Origin: Ignavibacteriota bacterium
Lineage (GTDB): Bacteria > Bacteroidota > Ignavibacteria > UBA10030 > CAVZMI01
Direction: 5' to 3'
Length of the DNA stretch: 64,000 nt
Assembly (NCBI GenBank): GCA_963776275.1
Contig: CAVZMI010000021.1
Location: 256,001-320,000 of the forward strand
Under the pieces are notes generated by a model, which was not told the origin of the DNA, did no database searches, and saw only the letters and a list, made by a program, of their open reading frames with translations. Position numbers and translations under genes: made by a program. The stretch's first letter is position 1. Each line of letters opens with the position of its first letter. Positions 63,784 through 64,000 of the stretch are shown here, in pieces.

Positions 63784-64000
63784 CTAAGGTGTTAGTGTAT
63801 ATGTAATCCGGTGACGATCATTCCCAAGCTCGATGCTATTTCCCTTGCTGTATAAAGTCGAGGCAGTGTAATTGATCGTTGCTGTAGCGTTCGTACCACT
63901 CCTTGTTATACCTGTGATAAAATCATGAGCGTTTGTATCGGTAAAAGTGACTGTGCCTGCCGCAACGCCTCTAGTGACATTCGACGCATATACTGATAGA
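63784..64000 (-). CDS. C-terminal part of another pilin-like subunit (runs off the window end)
   Basis: Own translation: LSVYASNVTRGVAAGTVTFTDTNAHDFITGITRSGTNATATINYTAST...DRHRITYTLTP*, aligning with the 59166-59659 C-terminus (SAGVVDISD..AVSGVTRG..TIDYTFAA..RIVTLTVTD). Confidence 0.7.
   Translation of the reverse strand, partial: LSVYASNVTRGVAAGTVTFTDTNAHDFITGITRSGTNATATINYTASTLYSKGNSIELGNDRHRITYTLTP

Noticed and set aside
1-64000. rRNA, tRNA, integrase or transposase genes
   Set aside because: None recognised; non-coding gaps are short and show no cloverleaf or rRNA signature by eye

Overview
A ~43-46% GC (visual estimate) bacterial window, most likely from an Ignavibacteria-like member of the FCB group: many T9SS C-terminal sorting domains (NYPNPFNP motif), but sigma70-type TTGACA promoters and AGGAG Shine-Dalgarno sites. 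Most of it is carbohydrate catabolism. (1) 0.3-27.3 kb, minus strand: pectin/hexuronate locus with a GntR regulator, a TonB-dependent receptor, a T9SS beta-helix protein, kduD-eda-kduI-DUF4861-uxaC, two exuT, uxuB, two PfkB kinases, a LarA-family epimerase, gnd, PL9, GH28 and GH105. (2) 28.4-38.0 kb, minus: galactomannan cluster (GH2, GH27, two GH5, cellobiose 2-epimerase). (3) 38.4-48.4 kb, plus: arabinose cluster (esterase, GH51-PA14, galM, SSS transporter, araB, araD, FucI-family isomerase). (4) 48.4-55.2 kb: a cassette between REP-like repeat clusters, holding a deoxyhypusine-synthase-like gene, hicBA, an ornithine decarboxylase and an uncharacterised lipoprotein/TPR-like pair. (5) A multidomain GH3. 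(6) 58.8-64 kb: an uncharacterised operon resembling a non-canonical chaperone-usher pilus (three pilin-like paralogs, an Ig-fold chaperone-like protein, an usher-like protein with a SPOR domain). Other signals are a degenerate group II intron 3' end and about 15 reading-frame breaks, 10 of them at or next to GG(A/T)CC/GGNCC sites. The breaks look like methylation-linked long-read errors rather than true pseudogenes. All family calls come from motif recognition; no database search was run.
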